A stretch of 64,000 nucleotides of DNA, from contig CAVYGB010000008.1 in the NCBI GenBank assembly GCA_963767925.1, positions 64,001-128,000 on the forward strand, written 5' to 3'. Source of the DNA: an uncultured delta proteobacterium. Lineage in GTDB: Bacteria; Myxococcota_A; Polyangia; Fen-1088. The notes beneath the pieces were generated by a model that was not told the DNA's origin, made no database searches, and was given only the letters and a program-made list of their open reading frames with translations. A program made the position numbers and the translations under genes. This document shows, one piece after another, positions 1 to 9,170 of the stretch. Numbering within the stretch: position 1 is the stretch's first letter; every line of letters begins with the position of its first letter.

Positions 1-1
1 C

Positions 2-1108
2 GCCATCGTCTGCTCGGGCTTCGACATCACCGAACGGGAGGCGCTCGAGCGGGGTGCCCAGGTCTTCCTGCCCAAGCCGGCCGACCTGGACACGCTGCTC
101 GAGGCCATCGACTCGTTGATGAAGAAGACGGCCGTCCCGGCCCGCACTCTGGCCCGGCAGCGCGCTCGGGCCCAGGATCAGCGGGCCCGCGTCCGGGACA
201 CCGCGCGGCTGGAGCTGAATGACCTCGACGAGCGGGAGACGGTTGACCGCGGGCGGCCCTGGCTGGACTGGCTGCGGACCTACCTGGACTGTGCGGGCGC
301 GGGGGTGATGCTCCTGCGCGACGGGGGGCTCCAGCCGACGGTGGCGGTGGGGACGTTTCCCACCGATGGTCCGGCCGGGCGGTTCCTGACGGGCAACGTG
401 GGCGCGGTGGTCGAGACCCGCACCTCTCTGGTCATCGGGGATGCCCGCCGGCACCCCAGCTTCAGCCAGACGCTCTCGCCCGGGGCCGGCATCGCCTTCT
501 TCGCCGGGGTCCCCTTGCTGGTCCCGCCGGACATGGCGGTGGGGGCGCTGTGCGTCTGCGACCCGGAGGCCCGCCGCTTCGAGGCCGAGTCCCTGGTCCT
601 CCTGGAGCACCTGGGGCGCCGGGGTCCCTCCCAGCTCGTGGCCCGGCATGCCCGCCCTTCCTGGCCCGCGCCCACCCACGAAGCGCCCCTCCTGGTGCGG
701 GCCACTGTCATGATCCTCCTGTCGAGCGAGCTCAAGGTCGCGCGTCGCACGCACCGCACGGTCGAGCTGGCCCTCTTGCGGCTGTCCCCCGGCGTCTCGC
801 CCCATGCCGCTGCCCTCCGGCTGTGGGAGGTGGGGGCGGGTCCCCGGACTGCGATCGGCGCCCTGGGGCCCGACCAGGTCGTCCTGTACAAGATGGGCGA
901 CGGTCGCCAGGTCATGCCCCAGGTGGCGACCTGCCTGGAGCGGTTGCGGGCCGAGGGGATGTTGCGGGCGGCCGGCGTCGTCTCGGCGGATGGCGAGGCG
1001 GGGTTGACCGAAGAGGCCATGGTGGGGCTGGCCGAAAACGCCCTGCTCGCGAGCGGGACCAACGATCCGGAGGGCCAGGCCCGTCGGATCGTGGTCCAGA
1101 CGAGCTGA
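2..1108 (+). CDS. Receiver (REC) + GAF + degenerate GGDEF-like protein, 5'-partial
   Basis: Frame is open from base 2 (AIVCSGFDITEREALERGAQVFLPKPADLDTLL = REC C-terminal half with KP). GAF motif 'FFAGVPL...VGALCVCDPEARRF'. C-terminus resembles a GGDEF fold with GPDQV in place of GGDEF. Confidence 0.8.
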   Translation, partial: AIVCSGFDITEREALERGAQVFLPKPADLDTLLEAIDSLMKKTAVPARTLARQRARAQDQRARVRDTARLELNDLDERETVDRGRPWLDWLRTYLDCAGAGVMLLRDGGLQPTVAVGTFPTDGPAGRFLTGNVGAVVETRTSLVIGDARRHPSFSQTLSPGAGIAFFAGVPLLVPPDMAVGALCVCDPEARRFEAESLVLLEHLGRRGPSQLVARHARPSWPAPTHEAPLLVRATVMILLSSELKVARRTHRTVELALLRLSPGVSPHAAALRLWEVGAGPRTAIGALGPDQVVLYKMGDGRQVMPQVATCLERLRAEGMLRAAGVVSADGEAGLTEEAMVGLAENALLASGTNDPEGQARRIVVQTS

Positions 1109-1127
1109 GGTTGTGTGGGCCGGCGCT

Positions 1128-1370
1128 TCAGGCGCCGGACAGCACGGCTCGGACGAGGATGTCGTTCACCACGCCGGCGACCCCCGGCACGCAGCGGACG
1201 GCCTCGCCGACCTCCGAGCGCTTGGCTGGCGAGGGGAGCCAGCCGCTCAAGGTGACCTGACCCCCCCTGACTGTCAGCTCGAGGTGGGCGGAGCGGGTCC
1301 CCACCGCCCAGCGGACCTGCGCTCGCACGTCACGTTCAATCAGGCTATCGTCGCGGGTTGCTCTTGCCAT
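1128..1370 (-). CDS. Small BON-domain protein
   Basis: MARATRDDSLIERDVR...TVRGGQVTLSG...VPGVAGVVNDILV is a BON pattern; purine-rich RBS GGAAGGGAG upstream of ATG at 1370. Confidence 0.85.
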   Translation of the reverse strand: MARATRDDSLIERDVRAQVRWAVGTRSAHLELTVRGGQVTLSGWLPSPAKRSEVGEAVRCVPGVAGVVNDILVRAVLSGA

Positions 1371-1498
1371 GCACACTCTCCCTTCCTGGTTGCCCCTGTT
1401 GCTTCCCAATATCTGAAGCCAGTTGAAATTTTTCACAATCGGCGCCCAGCCAATTGCAGCGTTTCCCGACAGGGTCGCTTCCGGTCGCTGATCCCCCC

Positions 1499-2152
1499 TC
1501 AATCGAGGATCTCGCGGCGCGGTCCCCGGATCAAGCCATGGAGGGCGGCAAAGCGCAGCAGATCGTTGGCGTTGTGCAATCCGAGCTTCTTGCGAAGGCG
1601 GTATTTGTGGGTCTCGACGGTCTTGCGGGAGATGCACAATTCCCGGGAAATTTCATTGTTGGCCAGCCCGCCGGCCGCCAGGTGAAAGACCTCCCGCTCT
1701 CGCTCCGAGAGTGCGGCCAGGGCGGTGTTGGCGCTGGTGTCGCCGGTCAGCGCCCCCGGACGGGACGCCAGCTTGGGGGAGAGGTAGCGAACGCCCTGGT
1801 GCACACTGCGGAGCGCCTCCAGGAGGGCGGGGATGGGCTCGGACTTCAGGAGATAGCCGGTGGCGCCGGCGTCGAGCGCCTCGAGGACCTCGTCGAAGGC
1901 ATCGCAGACAGTCACGATGAGGATGCGCGCCTCGGGCAGGCGGCGAGCCATCTCCCGGGCGGCGCTGAACCCGTCCATGCCCGGCAGGAGCAGGTCGAGG
2001 GTCACGACGTCGGGTCGTTTGCTGTCGATGACGGGGAAGGCGGCCCGGGCGTTCGCCGCCTCCCCGACCACCTCGAATTCGGCGACATCGGCCAGCACGT
2101 GCTTGAGCCCATTCCTGAACATCGCGTGGTCGTCGACGATGACGATCTTCAT
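1499..2152 (-). CDS. NarL/LuxR-family response regulator (paralog type A)
   Basis: MKIVIVDDHAMF, LDLLLPGMDG, YLLK, LSEREREVF...ISRKTVETHKYRL LuxR-type HTH. Confidence 0.95.
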   Translation of the reverse strand: MKIVIVDDHAMFRNGLKHVLADVAEFEVVGEAANARAAFPVIDSKRPDVVTLDLLLPGMDGFSAAREMARRLPEARILIVTVCDAFDEVLEALDAGATGYLLKSEPIPALLEALRSVHQGVRYLSPKLASRPGALTGDTSANTALAALSEREREVFHLAAGGLANNEISRELCISRKTVETHKYRLRKKLGLHNANDLLRFAALHGLIRGPRREILD

Positions 2153-2306
2153 GCAGCGCCAGCAAGCTGCGTTGCCCGCCGGTCGCTGCCAAACCAAATA
2201 CGGCGCTCACCGATAGCCGGGCGGTTGTCGTCGGAGAAGCTCGCCATTGTCCAACGGCCCCGCCGCGGCCCGATCCTGGGCATGCCTCTCGCTAACGATT
2301 CCGACC

Positions 2307-3845
2307 GTGAACCGGCGGGCTCGGTTATCCGGTTGGACGCTCACGGCGGCGCTGGCCCTATGCCTGCTGCGAGCGCGAGGGGTCCACGCCCAGTTACCCG
2401 GGGGATACGACGATCCCTCGCCGGTCGAGGAGGTGCGCCCGCGTCACGGCGGGCGGGCGCTGCTCGAGACCTCCGGGCTGCTGCTGGGCGGGACGATCTG
2501 GTACTGGCGCAACCTGGACTTCAACTCCCGGGACTGGGACCTTGAGTGGAGCGGCCAGAGCTGGCGGCGCAAGCTCAGCTTGCAGGCAGTCCGCTTCGAC
2601 CAGAACCTGTTCGCCACAAATACCGTGCGGCACGCCGCCGCGGGCGTGGCCCACTATCAGGTCGCGCGGGGCAACGGGTTCGGGATGGCCGCTTCGGCGG
2701 TCACCACCCTCGCCACCTCGCTGTTCTGGGAATATCTGGTGGAATTCCGGGAGTACCCCTCCTTGAACGACCTGGTGACAAACGCCGTCGGCGGGGTCGC
2801 CATCGGGGAGCCGCTCTACCGCCTCGGTGAGCTCTTGCTGCGCAGCCCGCCCCGCTGGTGGTCCCGTGGCCTGGCCGCGCTGGTCTCGCCCGTCGCCACC
2901 TTCAACGACTGGGTGGATCAGCGCGAACGGCCGGGGCAGGCCTGGGTGCGGTCGCCCGCCCGGCGATTCCGGCTCGACGCCGGGCTGGCCCACCAGCGCT
3001 ACGACGGGGCGGGGGCCCGCCCCCTGGTCGGGCTCGGCCTCGAGGCCGCGCTCGTCACGTTGCCCGGCTACGGGCGGGCCATCCGCTCGGCCCGCTGGTC
3101 GGAGCCGGGCGACTGGAGCGGCCTCCAGCTCCGGGCCGAGGTGGGGGCCGATGGCCTGGCTGGCTTCGCTTTCCAGAGCCGCACCTCCTGGCTGGGCTGG
3201 TACCGGCAGAGCCTTTCCGCTTCGGGCGACGGTACCCTGGCTGGCCGCGGCGTGTTCCTGGGGCTCGGCAGCGCCTTCGAATACGAGCGGCTGCAGCGGC
3301 CCGCCGGCGACGACTACCTGGCGGTCCTCGACGTCGCCGGTCCCGTCTTCGAGCTGGTGGGCCGTCGCGGCCGGCTGGCCCTGCGCTGGAGCGGCCAACT
3401 TTACGGGGCATTCGCCATGATCAACGCGCTGGCCTTCGCCGATCACGTGCGTCCTCTTCGAGAGGACGGCGTGTTCCGCCCCGCCCAGAACGGGGGGCGA
3501 CTCCCCGGGGTGCTGGGGGCCCGCGGCTACTACTACGCGATCGGCCTGTCCGGTGGCACGCGGCTCGATCTGGATCTGGGGGGCTGGAGCGCGGGCGGGG
3601 AGCTGCGCGGGGACGACCTCGGCTCGGTCCGGGGCCGCGACAGATTTCTCGAGGAGATGCAGGAGGAATACGAGATCGAGGACGAGCGGGCCAGCGGACA
3701 GATCTGGTTGGCGCTGCCCATCCTGGCCTCCTCCACCCGGCTGTCGAGCAGCCTCACCTGGCGCTGGCGTCGCGGCCAATCGGAAGGAATCACGAGCAGC
3801 TTCCTCGATCGCCGCTTCGATCTGAGCCTGTCGTTGCGGCTTTGA
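2307..3845 (+). CDS. Exported DUF3943-like / outer-membrane protein
   Basis: Signal-like N-terminus from GTG 2307; motif 'FDQNLFATNTVRH...HYQVARGNG...SLFWEYLVEFREYPSLNDL...GEPLYRL'; alternating beta-strand C-terminus. Start codon uncertain. Confidence 0.7.
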   Translation: MNRRARLSGWTLTAALALCLLRARGVHAQLPGGYDDPSPVEEVRPRHGGRALLETSGLLLGGTIWYWRNLDFNSRDWDLEWSGQSWRRKLSLQAVRFDQNLFATNTVRHAAAGVAHYQVARGNGFGMAASAVTTLATSLFWEYLVEFREYPSLNDLVTNAVGGVAIGEPLYRLGELLLRSPPRWWSRGLAALVSPVATFNDWVDQRERPGQAWVRSPARRFRLDAGLAHQRYDGAGARPLVGLGLEAALVTLPGYGRAIRSARWSEPGDWSGLQLRAEVGADGLAGFAFQSRTSWLGWYRQSLSASGDGTLAGRGVFLGLGSAFEYERLQRPAGDDYLAVLDVAGPVFELVGRRGRLALRWSGQLYGAFAMINALAFADHVRPLREDGVFRPAQNGGRLPGVLGARGYYYAIGLSGGTRLDLDLGGWSAGGELRGDDLGSVRGRDRFLEEMQEEYEIEDERASGQIWLALPILASSTRLSSSLTWRWRRGQSEGITSSFLDRRFDLSLSLRL

Positions 3846-3991
3846 TCAAACGGAGAATGGGACAAGCGATGGTCAGTCGTTCCTGTAATCCGGGCGCCGG
3901 TCGTTGATCGTTACAGACAGGAAGCGGGAGGCTCGCCTATATGGGGAGTGCCAGACGGTTCGCGTCTCCAGGGGGAAAAAGAGGTGAAAAC

Positions 3992-5045
3992 ATGCGTATT
4001 GCACTGATTGCCAGTGAGCCGGTTTTTCGCTTGGGTTTCAGGGCGCTCGTAGAATCCAGGGAGGATCTCGAGCTGGTCGCGGAGGCGAGTGAAGCGCGCA
4101 CGGGTTTCCAGGACCTCGCCGCCCATCAGCCAGACGTCCTGGTGATGGACCTCTTCATGAAAGGGATGAACGGGGTGAACGCCACCCGCGAGCTGCGCCG
4201 GCGGATGCCCGGCATCCGGGTCCTGTTGATCACCGACTGGGCGCGGGAGCGAGACGCCGTCGAGGCCCTGGGGGCCGGGGCCAACGGGCTGGCCTTGAAG
4301 ACGGACGGCGACGAGGAGCTGGTGGACGCCATCCGGCGGGTGCACGCGGGCCAGTCCTACGTGCCGCCGATCTTCCGGCGCTTCGACCTGCTCGATCCCG
4401 CCCGGACCTCGGCCAAGAAGATCGAGGCGGCGGTCAACGACGTCCTCAAGGGGCTGTCCCCGCGGGAGCGGGAGGTGCTCGACCTGGTCGTGCGCGGCTG
4501 GCGGAACGCGGCCATCGCCACCGAGCTGACGATCTCCATCAAGACCGTCGACACCTATCGCACGCGGATTCACCGCAAGCTCGGCTGCCACAACGCCACC
4601 GAGCTCATCCGCTTCGCCGCCGAGAACGACCTGCTCGACCGCCCGGTCGGCGGGCGCGGCGACAAGCCGGGACGCACCATCGTGCTGATGGTGGACGACG
4701 ACCCCCAGGTGCGGGCCCAGATCCAGCGCGACCTGTTCGGGGAAGATTGCCGGCAGATTCACAGCCCCGACGTCACCGGGGCCCTGGCCGAGCTGCGCAC
4801 GAGCCAGACCGCCTCGCTCCTCGTCATCGAGGACGACGCCTCCCCCTTGACGGTGGGGCAGATCTACCGGCAGCTCCTGACCGACGACCCCTTGCTGGCC
4901 CGGCTGCCCGTGCTGGCGGTGTTCGAGAGCACCAGCCGGCGGCCGGCCATCCGGGCGGCGGCGTCGCTGCCCCCGCGCGGTGCCGAAGACGGCCTGGGAC
5001 AGAATCCTCGACCGGGCCGGGGCGGTGGCCGCCCAGGCCATCTAG
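3992..5045 (+). CDS. Atypical REC-LuxR HTH-REC regulator (type C); probable +1 frameshift near 4970-4975
   Basis: RBS GAGGTG then MRIALIASEPVF; HTH LSPREREVL...ISIKTVDTYR; second REC 'IVLMVDDDP'. Removing one C from the C-run at 4970-4974 gives ...LPRAVPKTAWDRILDRAGAVAAQAI* (TAG 5043-5045). The uncorrected frame runs to 5206 in low-quality sequence. Confidence 0.85.
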
Positions 5046-5209
5046 CCCCCTGGAAAGGTGATTTCTTGCATATCTCGCCGGTCCTCTTCGTCTCTGGCTG
5101 CGTTGCCCGTCGGTTAAATACGCCAGGTATTCGCCCTCCTCGCGCCTCGCCAGGAACGAAGTTGCCTCGCCGACATATGCAAGACTTCACCGTTCCAGGA
5201 GACTAGCGC

Positions 5210-5872
5210 TCAGGGATGGGCGGCTGGCTCCGGGCCGGGCGGCCGGGGGATGAGGTCGTGCAAGGCGGCGAAGCGCACCAGGTCGCTGGCACAGCGGAGG
5301 CCGAGCTTCTTCTGGATGCGATAGCGGTGCGTCTCCACCGTCTTGCGCGATATCGACAGCTCCCCGGCGATCTGAGCGGAGGGCAGCCCGGAGGTCGTCA
5401 AGAGGAACACCTCGCGTTCGCGGGCCGACAGCAACGCGAGGACATTTCTGGGGAGGCCCGAGCGCCGGACTCGCTCGGCGATGGGGGCGAAGGCGGGCGT
5501 CACGTGGCGCTCGCCCGCCGCCACTCGCCGGAGGGCCGCCACCACCTCCTCGGGCGCTTCGGATTTGAGGGCGTAGCCGTGCACGCCGGCGTCGAGGGCG
5601 TCGAGCAGATCCTGGGCCCCTTCGCAACCGGTCAACACGAAGAGCCGGGCCTCCGGTCGGCGCCGGCGTAGCTGGCGGGCCAGGTCGCAGCCGTCCACGC
5701 CGGGCAGGGCGAGGTCGATGACGATCAAGTCGGGCCGGCGAGCGTCGGCGAGCTCCAGCGCCTCGCCGGCGGCGCTCGCCTCGCCAACCACCTCGAAGTG
5801 GGGGAAGGCGGCGAGGAAGGATCGGAGCCCCTGTCGGAAGACGACGTGGTCGTCGACGATGATGACCCGCAT
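5210..5872 (-). CDS. NarL/LuxR-family response regulator (type B)
   Basis: MRVIIVDDHVVF, IDLALPGVDG, YALK, LSAREREVF...ISRKTVETHRYRI. Confidence 0.95.
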   Translation of the reverse strand: MRVIIVDDHVVFRQGLRSFLAAFPHFEVVGEASAAGEALELADARRPDLIVIDLALPGVDGCDLARQLRRRRPEARLFVLTGCEGAQDLLDALDAGVHGYALKSEAPEEVVAALRRVAAGERHVTPAFAPIAERVRRSGLPRNVLALLSAREREVFLLTTSGLPSAQIAGELSISRKTVETHRYRIQKKLGLRCASDLVRFAALHDLIPRPPGPEPAAHP

Positions 5873-6163
5873 GCCCTTCGCATACCCCCGCGGGGGCCGC
5901 CGTGCCGGCGCCGAGCGGTGGGGCCGGAGAAAATAAGCAGCGGCCGTACAGCGCGCCGGATGCATAAATTTCATTGCCGCGCGACCGGCCGCCCCCGAGC
6001 GGAAATCTCCGCATGAGCGGGGCCTGACGGGCGTCTTCCTGGTGAGGGAGGCGGCGACAGCCCGGCGGGATGCCCGGCCCGCCGGGGGGTGGCGAGAGAA
6101 AGAGCATGGCGGGCGCGGCAGGGAGGCAGGGGCAGGGAGGGGAAGCCGCGCCCGCCAGGGCGT

Positions 6164-9121
6164 TCACGGCCAGAGCTGACGGCCCGCGGGCAGCAGCAGA
6201 TCGTGCTCGACCTGGAAGGCCAGGCGCGTCTCCAGCTCGGCGGGCAGGCCCAGCGTGCCGGCCAGGTCGGGCTTGTCGTGGGGGGGCAGGCGCACCAGGA
6301 AGCTGCCGCGCAGCGGGCGGGGCGTCCCCGCCAGCACGGCCCGCGCGCCACAGCGAACCAGGGACTGGTGGCAGGCCAGCGCTGGCGCGCCGGTGTCCCG
6401 GAACTGCTTGAGAAACAGCATCGGCACGCGGAGGCCGAGCGCCGGCAGCGCCTGCCGGAGCAGGGGCAGCAGGCGCCGCTCGCCGGGGGCGTGCAGCGCG
6501 GAGGCGCGGGAGCGCCCCGGGATCAGCTCCAGCACGGTGGCCTGCTCGATCTGCTGGATCGCGCCCCCCGCGCGCGCGGCGGGCGAGATCCGGGCCAGCA
6601 CGTCCGCGACAACGGTGACCTCGGGCGGCAGGGCGAAGCCCCGCCCGGGCAAGGGCACCGGCATGTCGATACGCGCGAACAGCTTGGAGAAGCCATAGAT
6701 CTCCCGCCCCGCCTGCAGGCCGATGGCGCTGTCGACGAACAGGTAGGGCGTCAGCAGGCCGATCTCCGCGGGGCCCGTCCGCCCGGAGAGCGTCACCGGC
6801 ACCAGGAACCCGACGTCGTGCTCGTGAAAGAACCCCACCTGGCGGTGCTGATCGTCGCCGCTCTGCACGTGGGGGAGGTCCGCGCACAGCAGCAGGACGA
6901 GACCGGCGCGCGCCGGCCAGGGCCGCGCCGTCACCGCCCCCCCGGTGGGCCGCTCGACCTGCGCGCGGCACAGCTCGGCCAGGGCCTCGGGATCGGCGTG
7001 GAGCACGAACAGCGCGCTGGTGACGTCCCGGGCCTCGACGGGCGCTCGCAGCACCCAGTCGCTGTCCCGATCGACGTAGGACTGGGCGCTGACCGGCACC
7101 AGGTGCTGGTCCGCCCGGCGGTGGATGGCCCGGGCGGCGGCCACCCCGGCCATGGCCGCGGCCTCCAGGCAGCCGGCGTTCAGCTCGGTCTTCACCCAGT
7201 CGCCGGCCAGGTAGAGGTTGTCGAACCCCGATCCATCAGGCGGCAGGCGGAAGCGCAGGGTCCCGGGGGCAGCCAGCACGTAGCGGTCGGAGGCCGCGAC
7301 GTTCGCCCGCCAGTACTGGGCGGCGAAGCGCTCGGGACCGTGGCCCCCGCCGCCGCACAGGTGATCCCAGCTCCAGGCGGGCAAGAGCCCGCGCAGCGCG
7401 CTCTCCAGCCACTGGATCGCCTCCTGGCGCACGGTCTCTCCAGACGCGCCCTCGGCCGCCCCGGCCGCGGCCGGGGGGGACGGTTCCTGCACGCCGCAGA
7501 AGTAATGAACTCCCCGGACGGCGTCGCTGTCTTCCCAGGCCTCCCGCTCGATCACCTGGCTCATGTCGGCCCAGGACACGAACGGACCCTGGAAGGCCCC
7601 GAGCATGCCGGGCCGCCCGCGCCAGCCCAGCCCGGGCGCGTCCCGATCGGTCCAGATCTGGAACGCCCGGGTCGGCACGGTGCGGATCCCCTGCACCATC
7701 TCGGCGAAGGGGGGGTGGGCCTCGGCCAGCTCGGCCGTCATTTCTGGCTCGTCCTGGAAAACGCCCACCGGGATGCCGAGCACGGCCACGTCAAAGTCCC
7801 TCCCCCGCCGGAGGGATCGGAGCGCCCCCGTCGTCCCGGCCCCGGCCTCGAGATCCGCCCCGGACTGCTCGAGCCGCCGGCGCGCGCCGGGGGGGAGCCG
7901 CTCGGACAGCGGGGCGCTCGGCCAGCAGAGGCGGCCCCGGGCTTCGAACAACGGATCGTAGGCCTGGCCCGCGAGGTCGACCTGATCCTCGACGGTGATC
8001 TCGTCGACAACCCGCCCGCCGCCGCTCGATCCGACGCCCAGCTTGCGCACGCGCGAGAAGAAGCGGAAGCGGACCCCCTGCCGGCGCAGCCACAGGTAGA
8101 GCGGGGCGAAGGCCACGTCGCCCATCCCCCCGTTCATGCGGTAGTAGGCCTGGCTTCGGTAGCCGAGCAACATGCGCAAGGTGCCGTGCAGCGCGGTCCC
8201 CGCCCCGAAGTCACCGCGCCCGCTGAACACGAGATCGTAGACCGCCTGGACCAGGGCCGAGTCCCAGGACAGCTCGGGCCAGCGCGCGCCGATCCGGCCG
8301 CCGCTGTGGCGGAGCCAATCCCGGTAGTCGAGCGCGTCGAGGGCCCCGGCCGCGCGCAGGAAGTCCTCCTTGCTCCAGAGGCCGGCGTTGAGGATGCCGA
8401 GCAGGTTGGCCCCGACGAAGTAGGCGATCATCACCTGGCGGCGCCGAACCACCGTGAGCGGATCGCGCCGCTCGGGATCGCCGAGGCGGTGAAACAGCCA
8501 GGTCAACGCGCCCCGGATGCTCGCCCGGGTGGCCTCGCCCAGCAGGTCCGAGCGCAGGCGGGCCGAGTCGCTCTGCCGCTGCACGAGGGTTCGCCCCAGC
8601 CAGTCCAGCCAGGGCGGCGCCCCCCCCTCGGCCTTCAGGATCTGGTAGATGATGCCCAGCCCGCTGCGGATCCAGGCGGCCACGTCGGGATCTTCGGGTG
8701 GCTGCGCGCCCGGGAGCTCGTGCGAGTTGACCGGGAGCTGCAGCTCCCAGATCTCGGCCTGCCCGTCGCGGTAGCGATCGCAGACGTGCAAGTGGTCGGA
8801 TCCGGCCAGCGCCTCGGACCAGGTGCCGACGCCGGCAGCGGGCCCGAGCTCGTCGTAACAGGTCCGCAGGATGTGAAAGACGTTGTCGTAAAACCCCATG
8901 AGGATGTGCAGGCCGTGCTCCTCGATGCGCAGGCCCTTGCCCGGCTCGCGGTTGCGCCCGCTCGCCCCCTTGCCGCCCAGCCGCCAGCCGCGCGGGTAGA
9001 CGGTGATGTCGTAGCGATCGGGATCGAGCCGGACGAGCTGCCAGGCCGCGGCCAGGGCGCCCATCCCCCCGCCCAGCACGGCCACCCGCAGGCGCTCCTT
9101 CGGTCTCTCCGTTCGCAACAT
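6164..9121 (-). CDS. FAD/NAD(P)-binding oxidoreductase (COG3349 / carotenoid-desaturase-like) fused to a C-terminal acetoacetate-decarboxylase-like domain
   Basis: VAVLGGGMGALAAA Rossmann motif, RLGGKGASGR, IEEHGLH, NLYLAGDW...GCLEAA. C-terminal 'YLFVDSAIGLQAGREIYGFSK' and 'LKQFRD' match the ADC fold. Confidence 0.85.
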   Translation of the reverse strand: MLRTERPKERLRVAVLGGGMGALAAAWQLVRLDPDRYDITVYPRGWRLGGKGASGRNREPGKGLRIEEHGLHILMGFYDNVFHILRTCYDELGPAAGVGTWSEALAGSDHLHVCDRYRDGQAEIWELQLPVNSHELPGAQPPEDPDVAAWIRSGLGIIYQILKAEGGAPPWLDWLGRTLVQRQSDSARLRSDLLGEATRASIRGALTWLFHRLGDPERRDPLTVVRRRQVMIAYFVGANLLGILNAGLWSKEDFLRAAGALDALDYRDWLRHSGGRIGARWPELSWDSALVQAVYDLVFSGRGDFGAGTALHGTLRMLLGYRSQAYYRMNGGMGDVAFAPLYLWLRRQGVRFRFFSRVRKLGVGSSGGGRVVDEITVEDQVDLAGQAYDPLFEARGRLCWPSAPLSERLPPGARRRLEQSGADLEAGAGTTGALRSLRRGRDFDVAVLGIPVGVFQDEPEMTAELAEAHPPFAEMVQGIRTVPTRAFQIWTDRDAPGLGWRGRPGMLGAFQGPFVSWADMSQVIEREAWEDSDAVRGVHYFCGVQEPSPPAAAGAAEGASGETVRQEAIQWLESALRGLLPAWSWDHLCGGGGHGPERFAAQYWRANVAASDRYVLAAPGTLRFRLPPDGSGFDNLYLAGDWVKTELNAGCLEAAAMAGVAAARAIHRRADQHLVPVSAQSYVDRDSDWVLRAPVEARDVTSALFVLHADPEALAELCRAQVERPTGGAVTARPWPARAGLVLLLCADLPHVQSGDDQHRQVGFFHEHDVGFLVPVTLSGRTGPAEIGLLTPYLFVDSAIGLQAGREIYGFSKLFARIDMPVPLPGRGFALPPEVTVVADVLARISPAARAGGAIQQIEQATVLELIPGRSRASALHAPGERRLLPLLRQALPALGLRVPMLFLKQFRDTGAPALACHQSLVRCGARAVLAGTPRPLRGSFLVRLPPHDKPDLAGTLGLPAELETRLAFQVEHDLLLPAGRQLWP

Positions 9122-9170
9122 CTCCGTTTCATGGGGAGCGGCGAGCGTCGGAGCAAGTGCACGTCTGCCG

